Positions 31,275 through 44,351 of a stretch of DNA of 64,000 bases are shown piece after piece (the first letter of the stretch is position 1; each line of letters starts with the position of its first letter). Source of the stretch: Anaeromyxobacteraceae bacterium (lineage in GTDB: Bacteria; Myxococcota; Myxococcia; Myxococcales; Anaeromyxobacteraceae). The notes beneath the pieces are model-generated. The model did no database searches. It saw only the letters and a list, made by a program, of their open reading frames with translations, and had not been told where the DNA came from. Location: assembly GCA_047602405.1 (NCBI GenBank), contig JASGHJ010000002.1:3264001-3328000 (forward strand), read 5' to 3'. A program made the position numbers and the translations under genes.

Positions 31275-32222
31275 GTGGCCGCCCCCGACCCGCTCGATCG
31301 ACGCCTCCTCGTCGTGACCGGCAAGGGCGGCGTGGGGAAGTCCACGGTGGCGGCCGCCCTCGCGCTCCGGGCCGCCCGCGCGGGGAAGAAGGTCCTCGTG
31401 TGCGAGGCCGACGCGCAGGAGCGGATCGCCCCGCTCCTCGGCGCGCGCCCCTCCGGGCCGATCGCCCGCGAGGTCCGGCCGGGGCTCCACACCGTGAACG
31501 TGCAGCCGCCCGCCGCGATGCGCGAGTACGGCGTGATGGTCCTGCGCTTCAGGGCGATCTACGACGCCGTCTTCGAGAACCGGGTGATGCGCTACTTCCT
31601 GCGCGCCGTCCCCGGCCTCGCCGAGCTCGTCATCCTCGGCAAGGTGCTCTACGAGGCGAAGGTCCGCGACCGCACGCCGCGAGGCGAAGCGGCGAAGCTC
31701 CGCTGGGACCTCGTCATCCTGGACGCCCCGGCGACCGGCCACGCGGTCCAGCTCCTGCGCGTGCCGCAGGCCCTGCTCGCGACGGTCCCCGCCGGGCCGC
31801 TCCACTCGGACGCGCAGTGGATGCGGGCGATGCTGACCGACCCCGCCCACACCGGCATCGTGGTGGTCACGCTCCCCGAGGAGATGCCGGTCAACGAGGC
31901 GATCGACCTCGACCACGAGCTCGCCGCGCTCGAGCTCCCGCGCGCGGCGCTCGTGGTGAACGCCATGCCCGCCACCCGCTTCACACCCGCCGAGCGCGAG
32001 CGGCTCTCGCCCCTCGAGGCCGCGCCGCCGCCGGTGGGGCCCGCCGCGCGGGCCGCCGTGCTGCAGGCGCTCCGCGCCGAGATCGCCGGGCGAGAGCTCG
32101 CCCGCGCCCGGGAGACGCTCGCGCTGCCGACCTACGTCCTGCCCCTCCTCGGCCTGTCGACCTGGGGGCCCGAGGCGGTGGACCGCGTCGCCGGGGAGCT
32201 CGGGAAGGGGGCCGCGCCGTGA
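31275..32222 (+). CDS. ArsA/Get3-like ATPase, subunit A
   Basis: VTGKGGVGKST, DAPATGH, TLPEEMPVNE. Confidence 0.88.
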   Translation: MAAPDPLDRRLLVVTGKGGVGKSTVAAALALRAARAGKKVLVCEADAQERIAPLLGARPSGPIAREVRPGLHTVNVQPPAAMREYGVMVLRFRAIYDAVFENRVMRYFLRAVPGLAELVILGKVLYEAKVRDRTPRGEAAKLRWDLVILDAPATGHAVQLLRVPQALLATVPAGPLHSDAQWMRAMLTDPAHTGIVVVTLPEEMPVNEAIDLDHELAALELPRAALVVNAMPATRFTPAERERLSPLEAAPPPVGPAARAAVLQALRAEIAGRELARARETLALPTYVLPLLGLSTWGPEAVDRVAGELGKGAAP

Positions 32223-33358
32223 GCCGGCGCCCTGAGCTCCGCGCCGCGCTCGACCGGCGGCGCATCGTCGTCTGCGTCGGCGCGGGCGGGGTGGGCAAGA
32301 CCACCGTCGCGGCCTCGGTCGCGGTGGAGCGCGCGCTCGAGGGCGGCAAGGCCCTCGTCTGCACCATCGACCCGGCCCGCCGGCTCGCGAACGCGCTCGG
32401 CCTGGGTGCGCTCGGCAACGCCGAGACCCGGGTGCCCGCCGAGGCATTCCGGGCGGCGGGCCTCGAGCCGAAGGGCCAGCTCTTCGCGATGATGCTCGAC
32501 GTGAAGCGGACGTGGGACGAGCTCGTCGCGCGCCACGCGCCCGATCCGGCCCGCCGCGACCGGATCCTCCAGAACCGGCTGTACCAGCAGATGTCGTCGG
32601 CCCTCGCCGGCTCGCAGGAGTACATGGCGATGGAGAAGCTCTACGAGCTCGCCACCGACCGCGACTACGACCTCATCGTCCTCGACACGCCGCCCACCGC
32701 GCACGCACTCGACTTCCTCGACGCGCCGGACCGGATCCTCGACTTCGTCGGCAACGACGCCGCCCGGCGCGTGCTCGGGCCCGCGCTCGGCGCGGGGCGC
32801 CTGGGCCTGAGGCTCGCGCAGCTCGGCGGCGGCTACATGGCGAAGGTGCTCGCGCGCTTCACCGGCGCGCACGTGCTCGAGGACCTCGGCGAGTTCCTGC
32901 AGAACTTCCAGGGCATGTACGAGGGCTTCAAGGGCCGGGCCGCCGCGGTGCGGGCGCTGCTCTCCCGGCCCGAGGTGGGCTTCCTGCTCGTCGCCTCGCC
33001 GAGCCACGCCTCCATCGACGAGGCGATCGCCTTCCACGAACGGCTCAGCGAGGAGGCGATGCCCGTGGCGGGGCTCGTGGCGAACCGCGTGACGCCGGAC
33101 CTGTGGGAGGGGCGGGCCCCCCTGCCCTCCGCGGCCGACCTCGAGGGGTCGCTCCGGGCCGCGGGCGCCGGCGACGGGGCGCTCGCCCGCCGGCTCGCGG
33201 AGACCCTCGCCGACCACCAAGCCCTGGCGGTCGCCGAGCGGGCGGCCCTCGAGCGGCTCTTCGCGTCGATGCCGGAGTCCCCGCGGGTGGTCCTCCCGCG
33301 CCTGGAGACCGACGTTCACGACCTGGCGGGGCTCGCCAGGCTGGCGGAGCGGCTCTGA
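32219..33358 (+). CDS. ArsA/Get3-like ATPase, subunit B
   Basis: VGAGGVGKTT, TIDPARRLA, GSQEYMAMEKL, DTPPT; GTGA overlap. Confidence 0.9.
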   Translation: MSRRPELRAALDRRRIVVCVGAGGVGKTTVAASVAVERALEGGKALVCTIDPARRLANALGLGALGNAETRVPAEAFRAAGLEPKGQLFAMMLDVKRTWDELVARHAPDPARRDRILQNRLYQQMSSALAGSQEYMAMEKLYELATDRDYDLIVLDTPPTAHALDFLDAPDRILDFVGNDAARRVLGPALGAGRLGLRLAQLGGGYMAKVLARFTGAHVLEDLGEFLQNFQGMYEGFKGRAAAVRALLSRPEVGFLLVASPSHASIDEAIAFHERLSEEAMPVAGLVANRVTPDLWEGRAPLPSAADLEGSLRAAGAGDGALARRLAETLADHQALAVAERAALERLFASMPESPRVVLPRLETDVHDLAGLARLAERL

Positions 33359-33371
33359 TACTATCGACACG

Positions 33372-33782
33372 GTGAAGCTCCCCCCGTTCGAGGTCAGGAC
33401 CCCCGCCCCCACCGCGCTCGTCGAGATCACCGACGAGGTGCGCGCGGCCGTGCGGGCCTCGGGTGTGCGCGCGGGGCTCGCGGTGGTGTTCGTGCCGCAC
33501 ACGACCGCCGGCGTCACGATCCAGGAGAACGCCGACCCGGACGTGAAGCACGACCTCCTCCTCGCGCTCGAGAACGCCGTCCCCCGTGCGGCGGCCCGCG
33601 GCCGCTACCGGCACGGCGAGGGGAACAGCGACGCCCACGTGAAGGCCTCGCTGGTCGGCAGCTCGGTCAGCCTGCTCGTCCGCGACGGCGACCTCGCCCT
33701 CGGCACCTGGCAGGGCATCCAGCTCTGCGAGTTCGACGGCCCCCGCACCCGCTCCGTCTGGCTGGAGGTCATCCCCGGATGA
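33372..33782 (+). CDS. yjbQ: YjbQ/UPF0047 family protein
   Basis: PHTTAGVTIQENADPDV, GNSDAHVKASL, GTWQGI..CEFDGPR. Confidence 0.92.
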   Translation: MKLPPFEVRTPAPTALVEITDEVRAAVRASGVRAGLAVVFVPHTTAGVTIQENADPDVKHDLLLALENAVPRAAARGRYRHGEGNSDAHVKASLVGSSVSLLVRDGDLALGTWQGIQLCEFDGPRTRSVWLEVIPG

Positions 33783-34894
33783 ACCGCGTCCCCCTCACGT
33801 TCCTCGCCGCGGCCGGGATCACCGCGACCGTGCTCGCCGCGGGCTGCGCCACCGCCCGCCCCGCCACCGCGCCCGGCGCGCCGCCGCCCGAGCGGGTCAC
33901 CTTCGCGCCCGAGGAGGTCGTCGCGACGCCGCTCGACGTCGAGCTCGCCGGGAAGAACGACGAGGAGCTCTTCGCGATCGGCACGGCCGCCTACGCCGCG
34001 AAGGACTACCCGCGCGCGGCCGCGGCGTTCTCGCGGGTGGTCGACCTCCACCCTGCCTCGAAGCACGTGCCCGCGGCGCTGTACGACGCGGGGCTCGCGT
34101 ACCAGCGCACCGAGCAGTGGTCGCTCGCGCTCGAGCGCTTCCAGGCGCTCGAGAAGGGCTGGACCGGGCCGGACGCCGTCGAGGCCTCGTTCCGGACCGC
34201 CGAGTGCCTCTACCACCTCGATCGGCTCGAGGACGCCCGCGCGAAGCTCGACCGGCTGGCCGCGCGCACCGAGCTCCCCGCGAACGAGATGGTCCGGGCG
34301 CTCGTGCAGCGCGGGGTGGTCGAGCTCGAGCTCCAGCGCGGCCCCGAGGCGGAGTCGTCGCTCAAGCGGGCGCTCGGCGTCTTCGAGACCGCGCACGACC
34401 GCGCCCGGGTCGACGAGTACTTCGCGGCCCAGGCCGAGTACTACCTCGGCGAGGTCTACCGGACCTGGTTCCTCGCGCTGCCGCTCGATCCCTCGAAGGC
34501 GGAGGGCGACGCGCTCGAGGGGCAGCTCCGCGCCAAGGCCGAGATGCTCGTCGCCGCGCGCACGCACTACCTGAAGGCGGTCCGCTACCACGACGAGGCC
34601 TGGGCGGTGTCGTCCGGCATCCGGGTGGGCGAGCTCTACGACGCGCTCCGCTCGCAGCTCCTCGACGCGCCGGTGCCGGCGGGCCTGACCGAGGAGCAGG
34701 TCTCCGCGTACCGCGCCGAGCTCCGGAAGGATCCCCGCCTGCGCGTGCTCCTCACGAAGGCGGTGACCGAGTACCGCGACAGCCTCTCCTACGCCGCCGC
34801 GAGCGGCGTCGAGGTCCGGTACCTCGAGCAGGCCCGGGAGGCGCTGCAGCGCCTCGAGACCGCGCTCGCCGAGGGGGCGCGGGAGGGGACGTAG
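33779..34894 (+). CDS. TPR lipoprotein
   Basis: LAAGC lipobox; TPR-like helical repeats. Confidence 0.8.
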   Translation: MNRVPLTFLAAAGITATVLAAGCATARPATAPGAPPPERVTFAPEEVVATPLDVELAGKNDEELFAIGTAAYAAKDYPRAAAAFSRVVDLHPASKHVPAALYDAGLAYQRTEQWSLALERFQALEKGWTGPDAVEASFRTAECLYHLDRLEDARAKLDRLAARTELPANEMVRALVQRGVVELELQRGPEAESSLKRALGVFETAHDRARVDEYFAAQAEYYLGEVYRTWFLALPLDPSKAEGDALEGQLRAKAEMLVAARTHYLKAVRYHDEAWAVSSGIRVGELYDALRSQLLDAPVPAGLTEEQVSAYRAELRKDPRLRVLLTKAVTEYRDSLSYAAASGVEVRYLEQAREALQRLETALAEGAREGT

Positions 34895-35018
34895 GCGGGC
34901 CGCACCGCGACGCGCCAGGCCACCGCCGGCCCAGGGCCCGGCCAGGCAGGCGCGAGTCCACGCGCGCGCCCATCTTCGGATCCTCGAACCCGTTCCGGGA
35001 ACCCCCGGGGAGGAACCC

Positions 35019-35537
35019 ATGCAACTTCGACGCATGCTCTGGATGTCCGGCGCGGTGGTGGCACTCCTGGCCGGCCCCGCCTGTCAGCGGAGCGATCAGG
35101 ACCGCGCGCGCGCCGAGCGCAAGGACGTGGCCGACGCGCAGAAGGACGTGAACGAGAAGCGCAAGGACCTCGCGGAGGAGCGCCGCGATCACCAGGCGGA
35201 CACCGCCAAGGCGACGCGTGACGAGCGCGAGGACCTCGCGAAGGCGCAGGCGAAGGAGCGCAAGGAGGAGACCGAGGCCGAGCACGCGGACCGCGCCGCG
35301 ACGGCGGGGTCGACCTCCGTGACGGGGCGGATCGTGCGCTCGAGCGGCGACGAGCTCGTGCTGCGCCCGGCGGGCGAGACCCGCGACGTCCACCTCAAGG
35401 TCGACTCCGGCACCTCCGTGACCGTGGACGGCAAGCGGTCCTCGACCCGCGACCTCCGCGAGGGCACCGAGGTGCGCGCCGCCTTCAGCGAGAAGGACGG
35501 CGACCGGCACGCGACGCGGATCGAGGTCACGAAGTAG
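35019..35537 (+). CDS. Lipoprotein with charged coiled coil and small beta domain (DUF5666-like)
   Basis: GGAGG RBS; GPAC lipobox-like; C-terminal DLREGTEV...ATRIEV. Confidence 0.7.
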   Translation: MQLRRMLWMSGAVVALLAGPACQRSDQDRARAERKDVADAQKDVNEKRKDLAEERRDHQADTAKATRDEREDLAKAQAKERKEETEAEHADRAATAGSTSVTGRIVRSSGDELVLRPAGETRDVHLKVDSGTSVTVDGKRSSTRDLREGTEVRAAFSEKDGDRHATRIEVTK

Positions 35538-35578
35538 CCGGGCGCCCTCCGCGCGACGACCGGGCCACCGGCCCGGGG

Positions 35579-35606
35579 GGAGCCCCGGCCTCGCGGCCGG
35601 GGCTTC
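35579..35606. terminator. Hairpin between convergent genes
   Basis: GCCCCGGCC-tcgc-GGCCGGGGC; no clear U tract. Confidence 0.4.
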
Positions 35607-35636
35607 CGCGGCGCGGAGCGGCGCAGGCGCCGCGGG

Positions 35637-36896
35637 TCAGGCGCCCGGTGCGGCCTCGTCCCGCTCGGCGGGCGCGCGCTCCCGGCGTGCGAGCAGGAGG
35701 AACGGCACGGCGAGGAGCTCGAGCGCGGCCGTCGCGGCGTAGGCGGCCGGGTAGCCCCAGGCGTCCGCGGCGCGGCCGAGCGCGGGCTGGGACACCGCGG
35801 CGCCGCCGGAGGCCAGCAGGTTGTCGAGGGAGAGCACCGTCGCGCGCTGGGCCGAGGGGATGAGCGCGTTGAGGTAGGCCTGGCGGACCGGGTACGCGGC
35901 CGCCCAGGTGACGGCCCACGCGCCGAGGAGCACCAGGACCGCGACGAAGCTCGTGGCGAGCCACATCCCCGCGAGGAGCGCCGCGCTCGCGACGGTCGAG
36001 GCGAGGAGCACGTCGGTCCGCCGCGGGAACACCCGGAGCAGCGCCGGCGCGAGCGCGGGGCCGGCGATCTGGCCGACCGCGACGAGCCCCGCGGCGAGCC
36101 CCGCGACCGCGAACGAGCGCGGCTCGCCCCGGAGGGCGAGCAGGTAGGGCTGGGCGGCGTAGAAGCCGAAGATGGGTACGCCGCCCGCGACCATGCCGGC
36201 GAGCATCACCCACCGGATCGGAGGCCGCCGGAGCCCCTGCGCGGCGGACGCACGGAGGACGACCCCGATCGCACCGCGCACCGTGCCGGGCGCGGGCGTG
36301 AAGCCGAGGTCGCGCATGGACCGGTGGGCGACGGCGAAGGTGACCACCAGCAGGGCGGCGCGCAGCGCGTACGGCACGCCGACGCTGGTGGCCTGCGCGA
36401 TCACGCCGCCGAGGACCGACCCCGCGAGCATGCCCGCCCCCTGGGCCACCTGGCCGCGGGCGAACGCCGCGTCGAGGCGGCCCGGGTAGCCGGTCGCGCG
36501 CAGCGCGTCCACGAGCCAGGCCTCGGTCGCCCCCGAGAAGAACGTGAACCCGAGCCCGAGCAGGATCGACGACGCCGCCCACGCCCAGAGCGGCGCGCGC
36601 ACCCACCAGGCCATGAGGTAGAGGAGCGTCGAGACGAGGAGCGTGGCCGCGCCGAGCAGGTAGGACCGCCGCCGCCCCGAGGTGTCCGCCACCACGCCGG
36701 TGGGGACCTCGAAGAGCATCTGCCCCAGGGTGAAGAAGGCGTTCGCCGCGAACGCCTCCCCGACGGAGAGGCCGGCGTCGAGCAGGAAGAGCGTGTTGAT
36801 GCCCCAGATCAGCGACGAGGCCACCGTGGAGAGCGCCGTCAGGATCACGTAGGTCCTGAGGACCTCCCGGTGCGAGGGGACGGTCGGGCTCGGCAC
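35637..36896 (-). CDS. MFS transporter
   Basis: FEVPTGVVADTSGRRRS, FFSGATEAW; about 12 TM segments. Confidence 0.9.
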   Translation of the reverse strand: MPSPTVPSHREVLRTYVILTALSTVASSLIWGINTLFLLDAGLSVGEAFAANAFFTLGQMLFEVPTGVVADTSGRRRSYLLGAATLLVSTLLYLMAWWVRAPLWAWAASSILLGLGFTFFSGATEAWLVDALRATGYPGRLDAAFARGQVAQGAGMLAGSVLGGVIAQATSVGVPYALRAALLVVTFAVAHRSMRDLGFTPAPGTVRGAIGVVLRASAAQGLRRPPIRWVMLAGMVAGGVPIFGFYAAQPYLLALRGEPRSFAVAGLAAGLVAVGQIAGPALAPALLRVFPRRTDVLLASTVASAALLAGMWLATSFVAVLVLLGAWAVTWAAAYPVRQAYLNALIPSAQRATVLSLDNLLASGGAAVSQPALGRAADAWGYPAAYAATAALELLAVPFLLLARRERAPAERDEAAPGA

Positions 36897-36902
36897 GGCC
36901 GC

Positions 36903-37274
36903 TCAGCGCGGAGGGATCGGCCGCACCCGCGCGCGCCCGTAGGCGACGAAGGTCGCGAGCGCGAGGAGCACGGCCGTGGTCGCCGCGGAGCTCCACTCGT
37001 GGCGCGACAGGTGGAAGACCGACGCGCTCGCCGTGACGATCATCACCCCGGCGGCGGCCGCAGGGACGAGCCGGGGCTGGATGCGGATCAGGCCGGGCAG
37101 GACGAGCCCCGCGGCCGCCGCGAGCTCCGCGACGCCCATGAAGACCTGGAACCAGCGCGGCAGGTTCGCGTCCATCTGGACCGCGACGTCCGGCGGCGGC
37201 GCCAGGAAGAGCCACCCGTGGGCCAGGAACGCCAGCGCCAGCAGGACCTGCAGGATCCACAGCGACACGTTCAC
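36903..37274 (-). CDS. DoxX-like membrane protein
   Basis: LWILQVLLALAFLAHG, GVAELAAAAGLVLP. Confidence 0.85.
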   Translation of the reverse strand: MNVSLWILQVLLALAFLAHGWLFLAPPPDVAVQMDANLPRWFQVFMGVAELAAAAGLVLPGLIRIQPRLVPAAAAGVMIVTASASVFHLSRHEWSSAATTAVLLALATFVAYGRARVRPIPPR

Positions 37275-37439
37275 GCGGACCTTCCTCTCGGGTTCGAGCC
37301 CGACCGCATTGTGTCGGGCGGGCCCGCGTCGCGCACCGGTCTGGCGGGGCTCGGGGACCGGCGCACCGGGCGCGCCCGCGCCCCTTGAGCGCCCGGCGCC
37401 GCCCGCGTACAAACCTCGGGGACCCTCACCGGAGGTCGC

Positions 37440-37997
37440 ATGACGTTCCTCGCCGCGTCCTGGCTCGCCATCCTCGTGTCCACGGTGCTCGTGTTCGTGA
37501 CCTCCGCGGTCTCGAACATGCTGCTGCCCCACCACAAGAACCCGTGGTCGCGGGCGCCGGACGAGCGCGCGCTGCAGGCGGCCCTGCGCGACGCCCCGGC
37601 GGGCCTCTACGCGTTCCCGGAGCCCACCGACCCGGCCCAGCGGCGCTCGCCCGAGTTCCTCGCCCGCTGGGCGGCGGGGCCGTCGGGCTTCATCACCGTG
37701 GTGCCGCGCGGACCCTTCTCGTTCGGCCGCAACCTCGGCCTCTCGTTCCTGCTCGAGCTCGTGATCTCGTTCTTCACGGCCTACGTGGTCTTCCGGGCCT
37801 TCGGCGCGGCCGCGCCGGGCTACCACGCCGTGTTCCGGCTGACCTTCACCATCGGCTTCATGACCTACGCCCTCGCCCCGGCGTTCGACAGCATCTGGTA
37901 CGGCAAGCCCTGGCGGTCGTGGGTGAACGTCGCGATCGACGGCGTGCTGTACGCCCTCGTCATGGCGGGCACGTTCGGCTGGCTCTGGCCGCGCTGA
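37440..37997 (+). CDS. Conserved hypothetical membrane protein
   Basis: GGAGG RBS; 4 TM segments; GLYAFP, SIWYG, GWLWPR. Confidence 0.75.
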   Translation: MTFLAASWLAILVSTVLVFVTSAVSNMLLPHHKNPWSRAPDERALQAALRDAPAGLYAFPEPTDPAQRRSPEFLARWAAGPSGFITVVPRGPFSFGRNLGLSFLLELVISFFTAYVVFRAFGAAAPGYHAVFRLTFTIGFMTYALAPAFDSIWYGKPWRSWVNVAIDGVLYALVMAGTFGWLWPR

Positions 37998-38095
37998 GCT
38001 CGCGCGGCGCCATGTAACCGGGGGCCGTCCCGGACACTCCAATCCAGCAGCGATCGCCGGGCTCCGCCGGCGACGCGCCCGGATCGGAGTGTTCG

Positions 38096-39286
38096 ATGAC
38101 CACGAAGCCCACGCTTGCCCTCCTGGCCCTCGCGGTGGCCGGGGCGGCCGCATGCGGGAACGACCGCAAGGACGACCGCGCCCAGCTCGAGCAGGGCAAG
38201 CAGACCTTCCGCTTCGACACCTTCGGGGACGAGTCGAAGTGGACCGACGCCCTGCACCTCGAGCAGCCGCTCGCCACCGTGGCCCCGGCGACGGCGCTCT
38301 CGGTGGGGCTCAAGGTCGACGCGGACGCCCTCCCGCCCGCGGTGGTCCAGGGCATCCAGGACGGGTCCATCAGCCTGACCGACCCCGCGACCACCCTCTC
38401 CCTCCTGGAGCTCGACGCGGTGGTGGGCGTGAAGGGCAAGGTCGAGACCGTCGGCGGCGCGAAGCAGCTGACCCGCGTCGGCGTCACCTGCGCGCTGTGC
38501 CACTCGACCGTGGACGACTCGTTCGCGCCCGGCGTCGGCAAGCGCCTCGACGGCTGGCCCAACCGCGACCTCGACGTGGGCGCGATCGTCTCGCTCTCTC
38601 CCGCCCTCGACGGGCCCACGAAGGCGGTGTTCGGGTCCTGGGGCCCGGGGAGGTACGACCCGCGCTTCAACCTGGACGGCAAGAACGGCCCGCAGGTCAT
38701 CCCGCCCGCGTACGGCCTCGACGGCGTCTCGCGCATCACCTCCACCGGCGACGGCGACGAGATCGCGTACTGGAACCGCTACGTCGCCGTGACGCAGATG
38801 GGCGGGCACGGCTCCTTCTCCGACGCGCGCACCGGCGTGAGCGTCACGAACGGCGGCGACGACCTCGTGAGCGCGAAGCTGCCCGCGCTGCAGGCGTACC
38901 AGCTCTCGCTCCCGGCGCCGCCGCCGCCCCCCGGCTCGTTCGACGCCGCCGCCGCGACGCGCGGCCGGGCCGTGTTCGAGGGCAAGGGCACCTGCGCGAC
39001 GTGCCACTCGGGCCCGCAGCTCACCGACGCGAACGTCCGCCTGCACCCGGTCTCCGACGCGATGGGCGAGCCCGAGCCGGCCGGCGTGCCGAGCTACGCC
39101 TCGCGCAGCGCGACGAAGCAGTACCGGACCCCGCCGCTGCGCGGCGTCTGGCAGCACCCGCCGTACTTCCACAACGGCACGGCCGCGACGCTCGAGGACG
39201 TGGTGGACGTCTACGACGCCCGGCGCGCGCTGGGGCTCACCGCGGCGGAGAAGGCGGACCTCGTGCAGTACCTGAGGTCGCTGTGA
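38096..39286 (+). CDS. Di-heme c-type cytochrome lipoprotein (CcP/MauG superfamily-like C-terminus)
   Basis: AAAC lipobox; CALCH and CATCH; YRTPPLRGVWQHPPYFHNG. Confidence 0.85.
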   Translation: MTTKPTLALLALAVAGAAACGNDRKDDRAQLEQGKQTFRFDTFGDESKWTDALHLEQPLATVAPATALSVGLKVDADALPPAVVQGIQDGSISLTDPATTLSLLELDAVVGVKGKVETVGGAKQLTRVGVTCALCHSTVDDSFAPGVGKRLDGWPNRDLDVGAIVSLSPALDGPTKAVFGSWGPGRYDPRFNLDGKNGPQVIPPAYGLDGVSRITSTGDGDEIAYWNRYVAVTQMGGHGSFSDARTGVSVTNGGDDLVSAKLPALQAYQLSLPAPPPPPGSFDAAAATRGRAVFEGKGTCATCHSGPQLTDANVRLHPVSDAMGEPEPAGVPSYASRSATKQYRTPPLRGVWQHPPYFHNGTAATLEDVVDVYDARRALGLTAAEKADLVQYLRSL

Positions 39287-39326
39287 GGAGCGGGGGCGCG
39301 CGGGCCGAGGAGGGCCCCGCGCCCCG

Positions 39327-42684
<3,358 letters not shown>

Positions 42685-42772
42685 GGCCCCCGCCGGGCCG
42701 TGCGCGCCGACCCGGGCCTGGACAGGTAGGAGCGGTCAGCCCGCCGCTCCCACCTGCTCCCCGGAGGTCTCC

Positions 42773-43405
42773 GTGCTCCGCAAGATCCTGCTCGCCGCCG
42801 TGGCGGTCGTCGTCCTGTTCCTCGGCTTCGTCGCGACCCGGCCCTCGACCTACGCCGTCGAGCGCCAGATCACCGTCGCGGCCCCGCCCGCGGTCGTCTA
42901 CGCCGAACTCGCCGACTTCCACCGCTGGGAGTCCTGGTCGCCGTGGGCGAAGCTCGACCCGAACGTGAAGAACGTCTACGCGGGCGAGCCCGGCGCGGTC
43001 GGCTCGAAGCAGGAGTGGTCGGGCAACAAGGACGTCGGCAAGGGGCGCATGACGGTGAAGGACGCCCGCCCCGGCGAGCGGCTCGGCCTCGACCTCGAGT
43101 TCATCGAGCCGTTCGCGTCCCGCGCCGACACCGACTTCGTGCTCTCGCCGGAGGGCGGCGGCACGCGCGTCTCCTGGAAGATGGCCGGCAACCTCGGCTT
43201 CATGGAGAAGGCCTTCGGCGTCTTCATGAACATGGACGCCATGATCGGGAAGGACTTCGAGAAGGGGCTCGCCCAGCTCAAGGCGGTGGCGGAGCAGGAG
43301 GCGGCGCGTCCGGCTCCGGCTGCCTCTCCGGAGACGGCTGCATCTCCTGGGACGGCGGCATCTCCTGGGACGACGGCGGGGACGCCTCCGGCGGCCCCGC
43401 GATAG
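42773..43405 (+). CDS. SRPBCC/polyketide cyclase family protein
   Basis: WESWSPW, WSGNKDVGKG, IGKDFEKGL. Confidence 0.88.
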   Translation: MLRKILLAAVAVVVLFLGFVATRPSTYAVERQITVAAPPAVVYAELADFHRWESWSPWAKLDPNVKNVYAGEPGAVGSKQEWSGNKDVGKGRMTVKDARPGERLGLDLEFIEPFASRADTDFVLSPEGGGTRVSWKMAGNLGFMEKAFGVFMNMDAMIGKDFEKGLAQLKAVAEQEAARPAPAASPETAASPGTAASPGTTAGTPPAAPR

Positions 43406-44351
43406 CGGCCTCGTCGAGGCGCACGAGGCCCGTCGCGCCGACGATCGCGACCGAGCGGAAGAAGAGCCCGAGCACCGGGATTGCGCAGAGCGCGCCGACG
43501 GCGAGGCCGAAGCCGAGGGTCTCCACCCGGCGCCGCTCGGTCTCGTGGACCTCCTCGTGCCAGGGGACGGTGAGGCGCGCGAGGAACCGCCCCATCCAGC
43601 CGATTGGCCGGAGCAGCCGGTGCTTCGCGCCGCCCCAGGCGAGGAGCCGCGCGTACCACGGCACCGGCCCGCCCTGGCGCGGCCCGGGGATGACCTCGAT
43701 CGGCAGCTCGAACGCGTCGATGACGACCCAGTAGAACGCCCAGGCGGCCGCGAGCGCCGCCGCCTCGTGCTTGCCGAAGGGCAGCGCGCGGACGACGCCG
43801 AGGAGCGGGGCGAGGCCGATCGAGACGACCACCGCCTGCCGCACCGCCTTCACGAGCTCGTGCGCGACCACCCGCACGTGGCCGACGCCCGCGAACGCCT
43901 CCTCGCCCGGGCTCATCCCGAGCACGCGCCGCGCCTCGAGCGCGACCTTGACCCACATCCGCTGCAGCAGGGTCGGCGGCATCGAGGAGAGCGCGACGAA
44001 CGTCGTGAGGTAGGCCTGGAAGGTCGGCAGCGGGTTCCGGTCGCCGTCGGTGGCCTCGCCCGTCGCGAACGCGGCGAGGACGCCGCAGCCCACGATGGTG
44101 AGGAGCGAGGGCACGAGCGCGGCGCGCCGGAGCGCCGGGTCGGTCGCGACGAGCCGCGCGCCGCGCAGGACCTGGGCCACGCCGAACAGCGCGCGCCCGA
44201 GGACGTCCGGGCGGGGCACGGCGTCGCCGTTCGCGGCGTACCACCCCACCGCGGGCGCGAGGTCGCGCCAGCTCGCGACCGCCGGGCCGACGGGCGCGGT
44301 CGCGAGGACGGCCGGAGCCCCCTCGCCGGCGCCGGGCGCGAGCGCGCTCAC
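43278..44351 (-). CDS. EI24/CysZ-like membrane protein
   Basis: GTGA overlap with deoB stop; C-terminal IPVLGLFFRSVAIVGAT. Confidence 0.65.
   Translation of the reverse strand: MSALAPGAGEGAPAVLATAPVGPAVASWRDLAPAVGWYAANGDAVPRPDVLGRALFGVAQVLRGARLVATDPALRRAALVPSLLTIVGCGVLAAFATGEATDGDRNPLPTFQAYLTTFVALSSMPPTLLQRMWVKVALEARRVLGMSPGEEAFAGVGHVRVVAHELVKAVRQAVVVSIGLAPLLGVVRALPFGKHEAAALAAAWAFYWVVIDAFELPIEVIPGPRQGGPVPWYARLLAWGGAKHRLLRPIGWMGRFLARLTVPWHEEVHETERRRVETLGFGLAVGALCAIPVLGLFFRSVAIVGATGLVRLDEAAIAGPPEASPPSSQEMPPSQEMQPSPERQPEPDAPPPAPPPP

Noticed and set aside
31275..33358. Arsenite resistance operon
   Set aside because: No arsB, acr3, arsC, arsD or arsR nearby; single-domain pair resembles Get3-like proteins rather than the duplicated-domain ArsA pump ATPase
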